Made by a program: the position numbers and the translations under genes | The notes under the pieces: generated by a model | Told to the model about the DNA's origin: nothing | The model's input: only the letters and a program-made list of their open reading frames with translations | Database searches by the model: none | DNA from: Promethearchaeota archaeon | GTDB taxonomy: Archaea > Asgardarchaeota > Lokiarchaeia > Sigyniarchaeales > SOKP01 | Reading direction: 5' to 3' | Assembly (NCBI GenBank): GCA_019058245.1 | Contig: JAHPZJ010000030.1 | Location: 1-64,000 of the forward strand | Length of the DNA stretch: 64,000 nucleotides | Shown here: in pieces, positions 41,694-51,446 of the stretch | Layout of the letters: every line of letters starts with the position of its first letter | Position numbering within the stretch: the stretch's first letter is position 1

Positions 41694-42334
41694 TCATATT
41701 TTTGAGTCTTACTAAAAAGGTAATATTTTACGTCTCGTTGAAGTTCTTTAATAATTCTTTGTGCTATTAATCTTGCGGGATGAGATATACTAGTTCTATC
41801 CGCAATATCTTGAAATGTTCCGAATTTTTGTCTTTCTCTTGCTTCAAGAATTTCCCACATGTGTTTTTGCCCAACTCCAGGCAATAATTTTAAAGCATGC
41901 ATTCTTGGAGTTATTGAGGTAGAGTTATTAAAGAAATTGATAAACGTTTCCTCATACTTTAATACTTCATTTTCGAGAATTGGTTGTAATAATGCTTTTG
42001 ATGTACTTGTTAAATCATTGTAATCAATTTTTTTTAATACTTCTTTTAATTTTTCTTCATTAACGAATTCTTCATATGTTTTTTGTTCTTGTACTTCAAT
42101 AATAGAATTTTTATTTAATTTAACTTCGTAAAGTACAAAATCCGGAAAAGTAAGAACTTGAGCAATTGGAGTTTTAGCCCAGCTAGGCTTATCTTCTTCG
42201 GGATGTCCATGTATTAATGAATCTAAGACAACAACTTCCCGAAACTTCTTTATAAATTGCTTTTTCTTCTTTGGACCACCACGATAATCTTTTTTGCGTG
42301 GAGGATGTCGATATCTCTCTCTTCTTTCCATCAT
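41690..42334 (-). CDS. DUF655 putative RNA-binding protein
   Basis: FFNNSTSITPRMHALKLLPGVG; conserved position between rpo4 and ksgA. Confidence 0.9.
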   Translation of the reverse strand: MMERRERYRHPPRKKDYRGGPKKKKQFIKKFREVVVLDSLIHGHPEEDKPSWAKTPIAQVLTFPDFVLYEVKLNKNSIIEVQEQKTYEEFVNEEKLKEVLKKIDYNDLTSTSKALLQPILENEVLKYEETFINFFNNSTSITPRMHALKLLPGVGQKHMWEILEARERQKFGTFQDIADRTSISHPARLIAQRIIKELQRDVKYYLFSKTQKYE

Positions 42335-42501
42335 TACTAGTTAACTGTTTTTTAACTTTTCCGATTACCATTTCAGAATTTTAATTGTAATAACCTACTA
42401 TAATAGTTGGGATTGTTCATTAGAATTATAGAGATTGAGACTTATAAATTCTTCTAATTTTATAGAAAATAATTGAATTTTTGCTACAAAAAAGATTTAA
42501 T

Positions 42502-42867
42502 TCAAGATGTTTTTATTTCTTCTATTTGGTATAGTATTTCTTGTAATTGCTGATCATTAAAAGTCTTTCCTACGAATGATTTTTCTAAAATCATCCGAAG
42601 TTCTGGGATTGTTTTTGGATTAATATTAATAATATTGATAGCATAAATTTCCTCAATCTCATATTTATCGATTAGCATTTTTTGTACTTTCTTAGCAGTT
42701 TTTGCATCGTATTTTGCAAATTTATTTACATAGTTATAGGTAATTTCTTGAAAATGGGACATTCCTTCATCAGCATCAATTTTTGATATTTGATCTTTTA
42801 TATTTTCCATTATTTCTTTAACTTCAGGTATAGAGACTATTTTTTCCTCTCTTTTTCTTCCAGACAT
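42502..42867 (-). CDS. rpoF: RNA polymerase subunit F (Rpo4)
   Basis: VSIPEVKEI, YVNKFAK, INPKTIPELR; operon context. Confidence 0.9.
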   Translation of the reverse strand: MSGRKREEKIVSIPEVKEIMENIKDQISKIDADEGMSHFQEITYNYVNKFAKYDAKTAKKVQKMLIDKYEIEEIYAINIININPKTIPELRMILEKSFVGKTFNDQQLQEILYQIEEIKTS

Positions 42868-42886
42868 CTTATATCTTAGTAAAATT

Positions 42887-43198
42887 TTAATTTTCTATTT
42901 TTGATATTGAATTTAATCTTAAATGTTCTCTGCCAATTATTAAAATCTTTTTAGAGTTCCCCAGTTTTATATCGACCAAATAGCATCGGCCTCTTTGACC
43001 AATAATAGTTCCTGTACGACCATGATACCTAGAGTGAGGCATTCCTCGCTTATGCTGGGAAGAATCTGTAATAATATCTACTTTATCATCAATTTTATAA
43101 TCTATTAGATACTTTTCAACAGAACTTAAACCTTTATCTCGGACATTTCTTCTATGTTTATGCCTTGTTTTTGTGCGATATCCTCTATGCTTAACTAT
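42887..43198 (-). CDS. rpl21e: 50S ribosomal protein eL21 (ATA start, absent from ORF track)
   Basis: Hand translation: (M)VKHRGYRTKTRH...GMPHSRYHGRTG...EHLRL; AGGTG 7 nt before the ATA. Confidence 0.95.
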   Translation of the reverse strand: MVKHRGYRTKTRHKHRRNVRDKGLSSVEKYLIDYKIDDKVDIITDSSQHKRGMPHSRYHGRTGTIIGQRGRCYLVDIKLGNSKKILIIGREHLRLNSISKIEN

Positions 43199-43314
43199 TT
43201 CGAAACACCTTAAGAATGGTAATTGCGAAAATTAATCAATTGATTTAGTAGAATTATGTATTATAATTTATTTATTTTTTGATTTAAAATGAATTTTATG
43301 GGAAAAAATATACA

Positions 43315-44673
43315 TTACATTGATACTTCTAATACATCCAATTCCTTACATAATAAGTTAGTTTTAAAAATTTCTGAAAAAGAAGGAGAAGTACGTCCCT
43401 CGTCACCACTTATCAATTCTTTTATGTAAGTTCCTCCTTGAGATATTATTTTAAATTCAAATAAATTCGATTTTATAAACTTTCCTTCGATTTTATAAAT
43501 GATTTTTTCACGTATTTTATCAGCTCGCCGATGAGAAACCCTATTTGGTGTTCTTTGTTTAACTTCTTGATTATTAAATACTTTATTCAATTCTAGTAAT
43601 TTTTGATTAAATTGATTTTTACTAAACTTAGCTTCAGTCATAACGGTTGCTTTATAAAATTTTTTGGTGTTCTTTGCATTAGTCTTAAGTTTAATAACTT
43701 CATTCTTACTACTATATCTTAAATCTCTGATTTGAATCTTTTTTCTATTTTTTTTATTAACTTTTTTCTCAAGTTTGATTAAATCTAAATTTCTTTTTTT
43801 AGGATTTCTTAATTCAATGATAAAAGGTCTGCCTAACCCTAACATTCTTACATCAATATCTTCTCTTCCAGCTCCATGAAATTTGGAATCTTTTGAATTT
43901 GCTTCGTTAATAAAGTAAGGACTAATTAAGTCCTCCACACTCGTTAAATATTGTTTTCCCGTAAAATTGCACATTTCACAACCTTTTCCACTGCATTTCT
44001 TACAAAACCAATGTGTTTGTGGAATACCTCTAATTAATTTTTTATATCGTCCATATATGAAAAGAGATTTAAAGATAATTTCAAAATTAAAGGAATCATA
44101 ATCAATAGAATAGATAATCAAAATCTCAGGATTGTTGAATTCAGGAACTTTATCAATTGTTTTCATTAATTCTTTTCCTACAATTCGATTAAAGTGGCTT
44201 TTAAAGGATTCTGCTTCTAAAAGATTCAATTCTGCTTTAAATTTATCCTCACGGTTGATTATTCTTGATTTTGGACTTGTGCCAATTAAAAAGTTACTGA
44301 ATTCAATTTCCTTAAGTGCTTGTTTAGTTTCACTCACATATTTTTGTATATTATTAAAAATATTATTGCATAAATAACAAACTTGGTTTGAGTTATTTAG
44401 TGAATAATTTAATCCTTCTTTAGTTAAAACCTTCTGAGCTGGGTTATAATTAGCATTTACTGCAAGCAATTTCAAATTATTAATTGATACTTTCTGTAAA
44501 GTTTCATTTCCTCCAAGATAATTTTTATGATTTTCCATTGTTATTGCTAGTAATAATGAATTTCCTCTCTCGTAGTTAGTTGTACTTGTTCCTAGTAGAG
44601 AAAACATTCTGCCCAAGCAGTGAATACAAATATAATATTTCTGATAAATTTCTAGAACCTTATCGAAAATCAT
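43315..44673 (-). CDS. pus10: tRNA pseudouridine(54/55) synthase Pus10
   Basis: CIHCLGR, GIPQTHW, GAGREDIDVRMLG, QRTP.RV.HRR, GGTYIKELISGD.GRT.PS. Confidence 0.96.
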   Translation of the reverse strand: MIFDKVLEIYQKYYICIHCLGRMFSLLGTSTTNYERGNSLLLAITMENHKNYLGGNETLQKVSINNLKLLAVNANYNPAQKVLTKEGLNYSLNNSNQVCYLCNNIFNNIQKYVSETKQALKEIEFSNFLIGTSPKSRIINREDKFKAELNLLEAESFKSHFNRIVGKELMKTIDKVPEFNNPEILIIYSIDYDSFNFEIIFKSLFIYGRYKKLIRGIPQTHWFCKKCSGKGCEMCNFTGKQYLTSVEDLISPYFINEANSKDSKFHGAGREDIDVRMLGLGRPFIIELRNPKKRNLDLIKLEKKVNKKNRKKIQIRDLRYSSKNEVIKLKTNAKNTKKFYKATVMTEAKFSKNQFNQKLLELNKVFNNQEVKQRTPNRVSHRRADKIREKIIYKIEGKFIKSNLFEFKIISQGGTYIKELISGDEGRTSPSFSEIFKTNLLCKELDVLEVSM

Positions 44674-44861
44674 TCTTGTATAAATTAAGTAGTTAATTAT
44701 TTATTGATTTTATCAATGGAGAAAGTGCTTTTAAAAAAATTTTAAAAATAAAAATTTATTTTTCTATATAATTTCAATTAATATTACAGTTAAGAAAGAT
44801 CCCAAGAGGATCTTTGATATAGTCTATTATAAAATAAAAATCAACAACAAGAGAATTATCC

Positions 44862-45095
44862 ATGTCAGAAAAAAAAATAGGTTTCGTTAAGTGGTTCGAT
44901 GCAAAAAAAGGCTATGGTTTCATTAGTGTTAAGGATCAGGAAGATGTTTTTGTCCATTTTTCAAACGTTTCAATGGAAGGCTTTAAAAAGCTTGATATGG
45001 GCGATGAAGTTGAATTTGAACTAAAAGAATCAAAAGATGGAAAAGGTCCTGAAGCATTGAAAGTAAAAGTTGTTTCAAAGGACAGAAGATATTAA
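44862..45095 (+). CDS. Cold-shock domain protein
   Basis: VKWFDAKKGYGFI and DVFVHFS (RNP1/RNP2). Confidence 0.95.
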   Translation: MSEKKIGFVKWFDAKKGYGFISVKDQEDVFVHFSNVSMEGFKKLDMGDEVEFELKESKDGKGPEALKVKVVSKDRRY

Positions 45096-45439
45096 TATTC
45101 TAAAAAAAAAAAATACTCTTTTTTCAACTACTCAATTTTATTGGTAATTATTATATTTTAAGTTGGTTGATATTTTGAAGAAATAAAAGAGTCACTTGAA
45201 AATAATCATGACTTCTGGAAATTTATTGTAATATTTTAATTTGAATATCTGATTTACTCATAGTATTTCACATATTTTATTTTCGAGTTATAAAATAAAT
45301 TTTTGAATAAAAATAGATTGGAAAATAGAATATTTAAAATTTGAATATATAATCATTAGAGATCTCATCTGAATTAAAAAAAAGATGAAATATGCCAAAA
45401 GAAAATATACAATAGTGTTAAAAAGAGTAAAAACAATAA

Positions 45440-46426
45440 CTAATCTTCTTCTTGATCCCAGCCAAGATCTTTTAGTACTGAGCCGAGAGTTTCTGACTCT
45501 TCCTCTAATACAAATTCTGTATCATATTCAGATGCAGATGCCTCTAAATCAAAATCAGGGGGTGATAATTCTTCAAACGAAGGTAATTCATCCAGAGATG
45601 GAAAACTTTGCTTTGAAACAGGCTCCTCATAAACGGTCTTTCGTATCTCTGATGTAGGTTCCTCATCGATTTCCATTGGAGTATAATCATTGAGAGGAAT
45701 TGGCGGTATTTCATCATCATATACTTTAAATTGAGAACCTGGTGCAATATTTTCAGCTTCATAAGGTGACTCAGACTCAATTGCTACTTTTACTTCTTTT
45801 TCAATCCCTAATCCCATTGATTTAGGTATTGCTACGATATTACTTTCTATGTCTGCTTCAAGTTCCTCAAAATCTTCTCCTTCCTGTTCCCAATCATCTA
45901 AAAATCCTAAAAGATCATCTAAAGCAGCTTTATCTTGTGCAAGTGACGGTTTTACAATAATATTAGCTTCTTCTTCTGCCTTTTGTTGTTCAATCTTCTT
46001 AATTTCAGACTCTTCAAGTGATAGCATCATCTCTGTTTCTTGATCTCCTGAAATTAATCTATTTAATTTTTTAGCCAACTCTCTCAAGTAACCAAGATAA
46101 TACCCTATCCGATAAATCGCTTTTAATCCTCCAAAAATAATATATTCATCATCGATTGCCACTAAAATACTATAACCTGAGGTGTTATGTAGTATTATTT
46201 CTGTTAATGCCCCATGAAGAGTAGCTTGATTAAGTCTTAGCCCCAAATCTATTAAAGCCGTACTAGAAGCGGAAGTAGCATCAGCATCTAATTCTGAAGA
46301 TTTGGAACTGGCAACTTTCATTCCTACTCGAGATAATACCGCGAGATCTTCTAAATCAGTGTTTTGTTCTTCTTCTTTTAAAACACCCATCATTTTAATA
46401 CGAATATCTTCCGTAATTGCAGACAT
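45440..46426 (-). CDS. Roadblock/LC7 domain protein with long acidic disordered tail
   Basis: N-terminal roadblock pattern (AVLSRVGMKVAS...SASSTAL..LG); about 190-aa E/D/P-rich tail. Confidence 0.8.
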   Translation of the reverse strand: MSAITEDIRIKMMGVLKEEEQNTDLEDLAVLSRVGMKVASSKSSELDADATSASSTALIDLGLRLNQATLHGALTEIILHNTSGYSILVAIDDEYIIFGGLKAIYRIGYYLGYLRELAKKLNRLISGDQETEMMLSLEESEIKKIEQQKAEEEANIIVKPSLAQDKAALDDLLGFLDDWEQEGEDFEELEADIESNIVAIPKSMGLGIEKEVKVAIESESPYEAENIAPGSQFKVYDDEIPPIPLNDYTPMEIDEEPTSEIRKTVYEEPVSKQSFPSLDELPSFEELSPPDFDLEASASEYDTEFVLEEESETLGSVLKDLGWDQEED

Positions 46427-46526
46427 TTATTTTACCTACTTGTTATAAGATCAGATTGAACACGAAATATTTAATTTAGATTTATGTATAAATAGAAAAG
46501 CCATTTTAATATATTTTATTATCATG

Positions 46527-47237
46527 TTATTTTAAAAAATTAATTATATTCATTTGAGTTGAAGCCGGTTTTTCCAACTTATCGAAAGAATATCCTGATA
46601 CTTGGGTTATTATTATTTTTATTTCAGTAATAACTTGATCAGGAGTTTTATTATCCGTATCTATTATAAAAACGTCCTCTTTAGTTGAAAGAAATTGTTT
46701 ATAATAAGAAAGAATACTAAGCAGATAATCTTTATCATCTTCATTCCAGTCCTTTCTTATTTTTTCTAATGATCCTCTTTGGATAATTCGTTTCATTATT
46801 GTACTTGGATTAGCGTATAAGTAAATAATATAATCTTCCTTCCATTTTATAGAATTATAAGTGTCTAAAATAAGATTAAAGTCTTTTTCCTTTAAGTTTA
46901 GACTTTTCGAATATATTAAAACACATAAGGGCGTTCTATCTAAAATAATTATTCTCCCATTATATCTATTATCAAAATTTGTAATGTTTTGATTACGTCT
47001 AATTAATTGCTGAAGAAAATGAAGCTCACTTCGAAAACCAATTTGCTTATTTGAAGATCCAAAGGGAAAAGGTGGATTTTTCTTATACCGTTCTGGAAAA
47101 AATCTAAATTTATTATTGTCTTTAAATTTTGATTTGAGAAGGTTAAAAACTGTCGTTTTACCTATACCATGAGCACCTGCAATAGATATAACAATGTTGT
47201 CTTTTGAACCCTTATTTCTATAAATAGTTTTACTCAA
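46527..47237 (-). CDS. Deoxynucleoside/thymidylate kinase-like P-loop protein
   Basis: GAHGIGKTT, ILDR, IYL.A.P...RI..RG. Confidence 0.82.
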   Translation of the reverse strand: MSKTIYRNKGSKDNIVISIAGAHGIGKTTVFNLLKSKFKDNNKFRFFPERYKKNPPFPFGSSNKQIGFRSELHFLQQLIRRNQNITNFDNRYNGRIIILDRTPLCVLIYSKSLNLKEKDFNLILDTYNSIKWKEDYIIYLYANPSTIMKRIIQRGSLEKIRKDWNEDDKDYLLSILSYYKQFLSTKEDVFIIDTDNKTPDQVITEIKIIITQVSGYSFDKLEKPASTQMNIINFLK

Positions 47238-47342
47238 ATTTATTTACTCCAAATCAGAACAATCAAGTCGTATTAATAAAACTATTGAGATTATTGGTTT
47301 TTTCTTACTATTAAAATTTTATATTTAGAAGGTAATGATAAG

Positions 47343-48410
47343 TTAAAAATTGAGATAGACGAGGATAATTATGCCAATATTGTAGAAAATATTGGCGAAA
47401 ATTGTAGAAATAATGTTCCCATCTGAAAGTTCAAAAATTATACCTAATAGCACAGATGCTAGAAAGTTTATTAGAAAAAAACTAAATCCTATTGGAAAAG
47501 TAATTAATAACATTAATGAAGAGTATATGAGTGCTACTAAAAGTATTACACTAAAATCATTTTTAAATTTCTGTTTTAATGTGTTATGTAAGACTCCTCT
47601 ATAAACGATTTCTGTAGAAAACGCTCCTATACTCAATGTTATTATTAAAAGTACTATCCAAAGTAGTCCAGCGTTTCTGATTATCATGTTCTGATCTCCT
47701 ATACTTGAACTTGCATCAAAAAAATCCAACCCTATGTCTGAAAAGAAATTAATAAGAGAGTCTGAAAAATAATTTATCTCTATTAATAATATAGCGCCTA
47801 AAATCCCTATAAATACTGCTAATAAATTTTTTTTAGAATTAGGATAAAATCCTATTTTAGTAAAACTATGTTTTTTACTATAAATATAAAAAATTGGATA
47901 TACCGCAAATAATAATTCAGGTATTTGAACTAACAGGATTTGTTGAATATTAATATTTTCAGTGTTTATACCTGTTTGATATAAGGAAAAAGATAACAAA
48001 AAGTAGATAATAATTAATATGTAGACACAATTTAAAAAAACATTAAATCCTTCTTTTAGATTCCATAAATCTTTTTTTAGAATAAATTTTTGTTCAGGTT
48101 CAAGTTTTTTTTCCATAAAAATTAAACCAGGTTGTTTTTGAATTAATTCTTTTTTGACATCAGAGATCTTCTCTAATGGTGTATCACATATCGGACATTG
48201 ATCGATAACTTTAGAGGTTATTATAGATCCACATCCAGGGCATTTTCTTGAAATATCTAGTTTTTGACCTATTGGAGGCCTTAAATCTTTCTTATTTGAA
48301 TCAATCTTAATTATTAATTTTCCACATTTTGGACAATAAGTTTCATTTTCAGGCACTTCAGCTCCACAGTAAACGCAATATTTGATCTTCTTTTCAATAT
48401 TTTCTGACAT
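47343..48410 (-). CDS. Double zinc ribbon + degenerate CPBP domain membrane protein
   Basis: Four CxxC motifs; TEIVYRG in place of EExxxRG; His motifs absent. Confidence 0.75.
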   Translation of the reverse strand: MSENIEKKIKYCVYCGAEVPENETYCPKCGKLIIKIDSNKKDLRPPIGQKLDISRKCPGCGSIITSKVIDQCPICDTPLEKISDVKKELIQKQPGLIFMEKKLEPEQKFILKKDLWNLKEGFNVFLNCVYILIIIYFLLSFSLYQTGINTENINIQQILLVQIPELLFAVYPIFYIYSKKHSFTKIGFYPNSKKNLLAVFIGILGAILLIEINYFSDSLINFFSDIGLDFFDASSSIGDQNMIIRNAGLLWIVLLIITLSIGAFSTEIVYRGVLHNTLKQKFKNDFSVILLVALIYSSLMLLITFPIGFSFFLINFLASVLLGIIFELSDGNIISTIFANIFYNIGIIILVYLNF

Positions 48411-48534
48411 TTTTTGGGATTTTGATATAATTCTTTTTCTTGATATATTTTGTAAATTATATAAACTAGAAATTATATAATTTTTGCTTACATTTTATTC
48501 AATTAATTGTATATTACATTTAACTGATTTTATT

Positions 48535-48921
48535 ATGTTTCATAAAATTTTCAAAAAAAGAATTAATGAGATACATGAAAAGTTTAACGATAAAAAAATC
48601 CTGCTTGCAGATGATATCTCAAACTTTTTTGGATTAGAATCATCAGGAATTTGGAAAGTTCGTGGAAATGGGGTTTTGTTACTTACAGAAGAAGAACTTT
48701 TTTTTGGAATGTGGAAACCTAAAAAAGAAGTATTAATATCTATTAAATCTATGATTAACATTTCAAATCCGAAATCCCATATGCATAGATCAGTATCTCA
48801 CCCTCTATTAAAGGTAACATTTACTAATATTAATGGTGAAATCGATTCAGCCGCTTGGTTTGTACGAAACTTAGAGGATTGGAATGAAACGCTTAATCAA
48901 TTAATTTTAAAAGAGAAATAA
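48535..48921 (+). CDS. Hypothetical protein with GRAM/PH-like pattern
   Basis: GNGVLLLTEEELFF...I.IKSM; ATG at 48535 is a more likely start than TTG 48484. Confidence 0.6.
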   Translation: MFHKIFKKRINEIHEKFNDKKILLADDISNFFGLESSGIWKVRGNGVLLLTEEELFFGMWKPKKEVLISIKSMINISNPKSHMHRSVSHPLLKVTFTNINGEIDSAAWFVRNLEDWNETLNQLILKEK

Positions 48922-48924
48922 TGG

Positions 48925-50178
48925 TTATCTATCCTTTAACTGTTTAATAGTCTTTTTTGTAATATTACTTAATTCCATTAATAAAAGTCCGTGATAATAA
49001 GAAATCGAATCAAAATAACTTTCACCTAAATCTGATTTACCAGCATAAACTAAAGCCATTTGAGCGTTTAATGCCGCTCTCATTAGAATTTCAACACCTT
49101 TATATATTAAATTTGGAGACCAAGTCCCATTGAGGGGATTAGACCACCATACAGGACAAGAATAAATACCACGGTCATAGAAATATCTAGCAGTATTATA
49201 ATAATTATCTACTTCCCAATCTAATGTTAGGTCTAAATTATCTGATAAACTCATTAGATTATTTAAACTTTTCATGAGTTTCCAATAATACTTATGTAAA
49301 CTATTATCTGGATGGTCCCATAGAGGATAAGGGATATTTTTTTTAAGATCCTCATAAGTTGTACTCCAACTTGACTCTCTTGGGATAATTTTTTTTTTAG
49401 CAATTGGAAAATATTGATCTAAATCTGAAATAAAAATTGTTTTGATTTTATCATCATTAGTAATTAGATCAAGGGTTTTGCCTAAAAAGCTCTTTTCATA
49501 TTTTTTAATATGATGCCCAAATGTTTCAATATCTAATGCAGAAATGATGTATGTATCATTTTCAATAATTTCTTTTTCATTCTTATACATCTTTAGTAAA
49601 TTTTTAACAAATTCTTTTGATGTCATACTATTGAAGGCAATTTTATTACTTAAAATATCATCTCTAAAGAATAATTGAAGTCCATTAGGAGATGTATAGA
49701 TCTTGTCATATACCCACTCTTCAGGACATGCAATACCACTTAAAATTACCCATTTATATCCTAATTGACGAATTTCTTTAGCTGCGCTTCCGGAGATTGC
49801 CAATTCTGGAGGAAAAAAGCCCTTTTTTTCCCAATGACCAAATTCTTTTCTATTTAATTCTTCATTCATCTGAATTTGATGATGTACTTCTTTTTGAGGA
49901 ATTAGTGGAAGAATTGGATGATATTTTGCAGTCCCCACTATTTCTATTTTTTTCTCAGAAACTAAATTCTGTATTAATTCCATTGTATCCGATAATCCGA
50001 ATTCATAGAATAACTCAATAAGAACTCCATTGATGTTAATAGTAAATTGGATACTATCGTATTTTTCCAGAAGAGAAAACACTGGTTTATAACATTCTTT
50101 ATCAATATCTTTTAAAATATTAAAATCTTGAGTCGGTGGTTGATAAGCATGTAATAAAGGAGCCCAATATGTAACCAT
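48925..50178 (-). CDS. Glycoside hydrolase family 57
   Basis: HAYQP, YHPILPL, PELA (nucleophile), ALDIETFGHH (acid/base). Confidence 0.92.
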   Translation of the reverse strand: MVTYWAPLLHAYQPPTQDFNILKDIDKECYKPVFSLLEKYDSIQFTININGVLIELFYEFGLSDTMELIQNLVSEKKIEIVGTAKYHPILPLIPQKEVHHQIQMNEELNRKEFGHWEKKGFFPPELAISGSAAKEIRQLGYKWVILSGIACPEEWVYDKIYTSPNGLQLFFRDDILSNKIAFNSMTSKEFVKNLLKMYKNEKEIIENDTYIISALDIETFGHHIKKYEKSFLGKTLDLITNDDKIKTIFISDLDQYFPIAKKKIIPRESSWSTTYEDLKKNIPYPLWDHPDNSLHKYYWKLMKSLNNLMSLSDNLDLTLDWEVDNYYNTARYFYDRGIYSCPVWWSNPLNGTWSPNLIYKGVEILMRAALNAQMALVYAGKSDLGESYFDSISYYHGLLLMELSNITKKTIKQLKDR

Positions 50179-50303
50179 TTTAATTAATAACCCTAACTTT
50201 AAATTATATCTTTTAAAATTTCAATTATAGTTAAATTAAAATTAGATTTATTTTAATAAAATTTTTTTACAGAATTATTCAATTAAATTTATCGTGATAT
50301 AAA

Positions 50304-51422
50304 ATGGACGAAATAAAATTTGGTCATCAATTGTTTTTTCTTCACTCTTATGACTTTTTCCGAAAAAAGGTCTTGGCTGCAAGTAAAGAAAATTGGGATT
50401 CTCTATGGCTTCCTGACCATCTTGCTGGTATGGGGGGCAGTTTAATTAATGATTTTTTGAGCGTTTGGTGTTTATTTGGCTCAATGGCTGAATTGGTGGA
50501 AGGAAAAACTTTTGGGACGGCTGTTACGGATCCTCATAGAATGCATCCCGCAGTGTTAGCACAATTGTGCACTTCGGTTAATCATCTTACAGGTGGTAAG
50601 TTTATTTTAGGAATTGGAGCTGGAGAAGCAATGAACCTAAAAGCTTATGGCATACCCTCTGACCATGCTCTTTCAAAAATGAGAGAAACTATAAGTATGG
50701 TAAAGTTGTACTGGAATAAGGGCGGAATTGCATCATTTAAGGGACAACATTTCTATGCAAATAATGCTATATTAGTTCCAAAACCTATATCAAAAATTCC
50801 TATTTGGATAGGAGCCAATAGTCCAAAAACACTACAGTTAACTGGAGAAGTAGCTGATGGATGGATACCTGTTGGAATTGATCCCAAAACGTTCAAAAGC
50901 AAAAAAGAGGAAATTGTCAAGGTAATGAAAGAAAAAGGAAGAAACTTAAATGATTTTTCATTTGGTATTTTCCAATTCATATTTCTTAACGATGATGAAA
51001 AACAGATTAACATGAGAATACTTGGAAATAAGTACGGGTTGCTTTTAAATCCCCGTCGAATAAAAGAATTAGGATATTGGAAAGATGAGTTTGAAGAACT
51101 CTATTTAGAGGCTACTGGATATAAAAGCGAACAATTGAATATTCTAAAGATTGACGGAAATGATAGGAAAAAAATTAATCTAAAAAAATTAGAACCTATT
51201 ATCAGGGAAATTCCAGATGAATTAATAAGAGAAGGTTTGATGATTGGACCAAAAGATGAAATAATACATAAAATTCGTAAGTATGTGGATGTCGGTGCTA
51301 ATTACTTCATATTTTCGTCTACAAACAGCATTTCTAATAAAAATGCACCGTTCACGTACTGGGATGCTTCAAGAATAATAAGTGATGAAATAGTTCCTTT
51401 ATTTAAAAACGCTAACGTCTAG
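50304..51422 (+). CDS. LLM-class flavin/F420-dependent oxidoreductase
   Basis: WLPDH, GTAVT, HPAVLAQ, LGIGAGE, IPIWIGA, ADGW. Confidence 0.92.
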   Translation: MDEIKFGHQLFFLHSYDFFRKKVLAASKENWDSLWLPDHLAGMGGSLINDFLSVWCLFGSMAELVEGKTFGTAVTDPHRMHPAVLAQLCTSVNHLTGGKFILGIGAGEAMNLKAYGIPSDHALSKMRETISMVKLYWNKGGIASFKGQHFYANNAILVPKPISKIPIWIGANSPKTLQLTGEVADGWIPVGIDPKTFKSKKEEIVKVMKEKGRNLNDFSFGIFQFIFLNDDEKQINMRILGNKYGLLLNPRRIKELGYWKDEFEELYLEATGYKSEQLNILKIDGNDRKKINLKKLEPIIREIPDELIREGLMIGPKDEIIHKIRKYVDVGANYFIFSSTNSISNKNAPFTYWDASRIISDEIVPLFKNANV

Positions 51423-51446
51423 TTTTATCTATTTATTTTTAGTATG

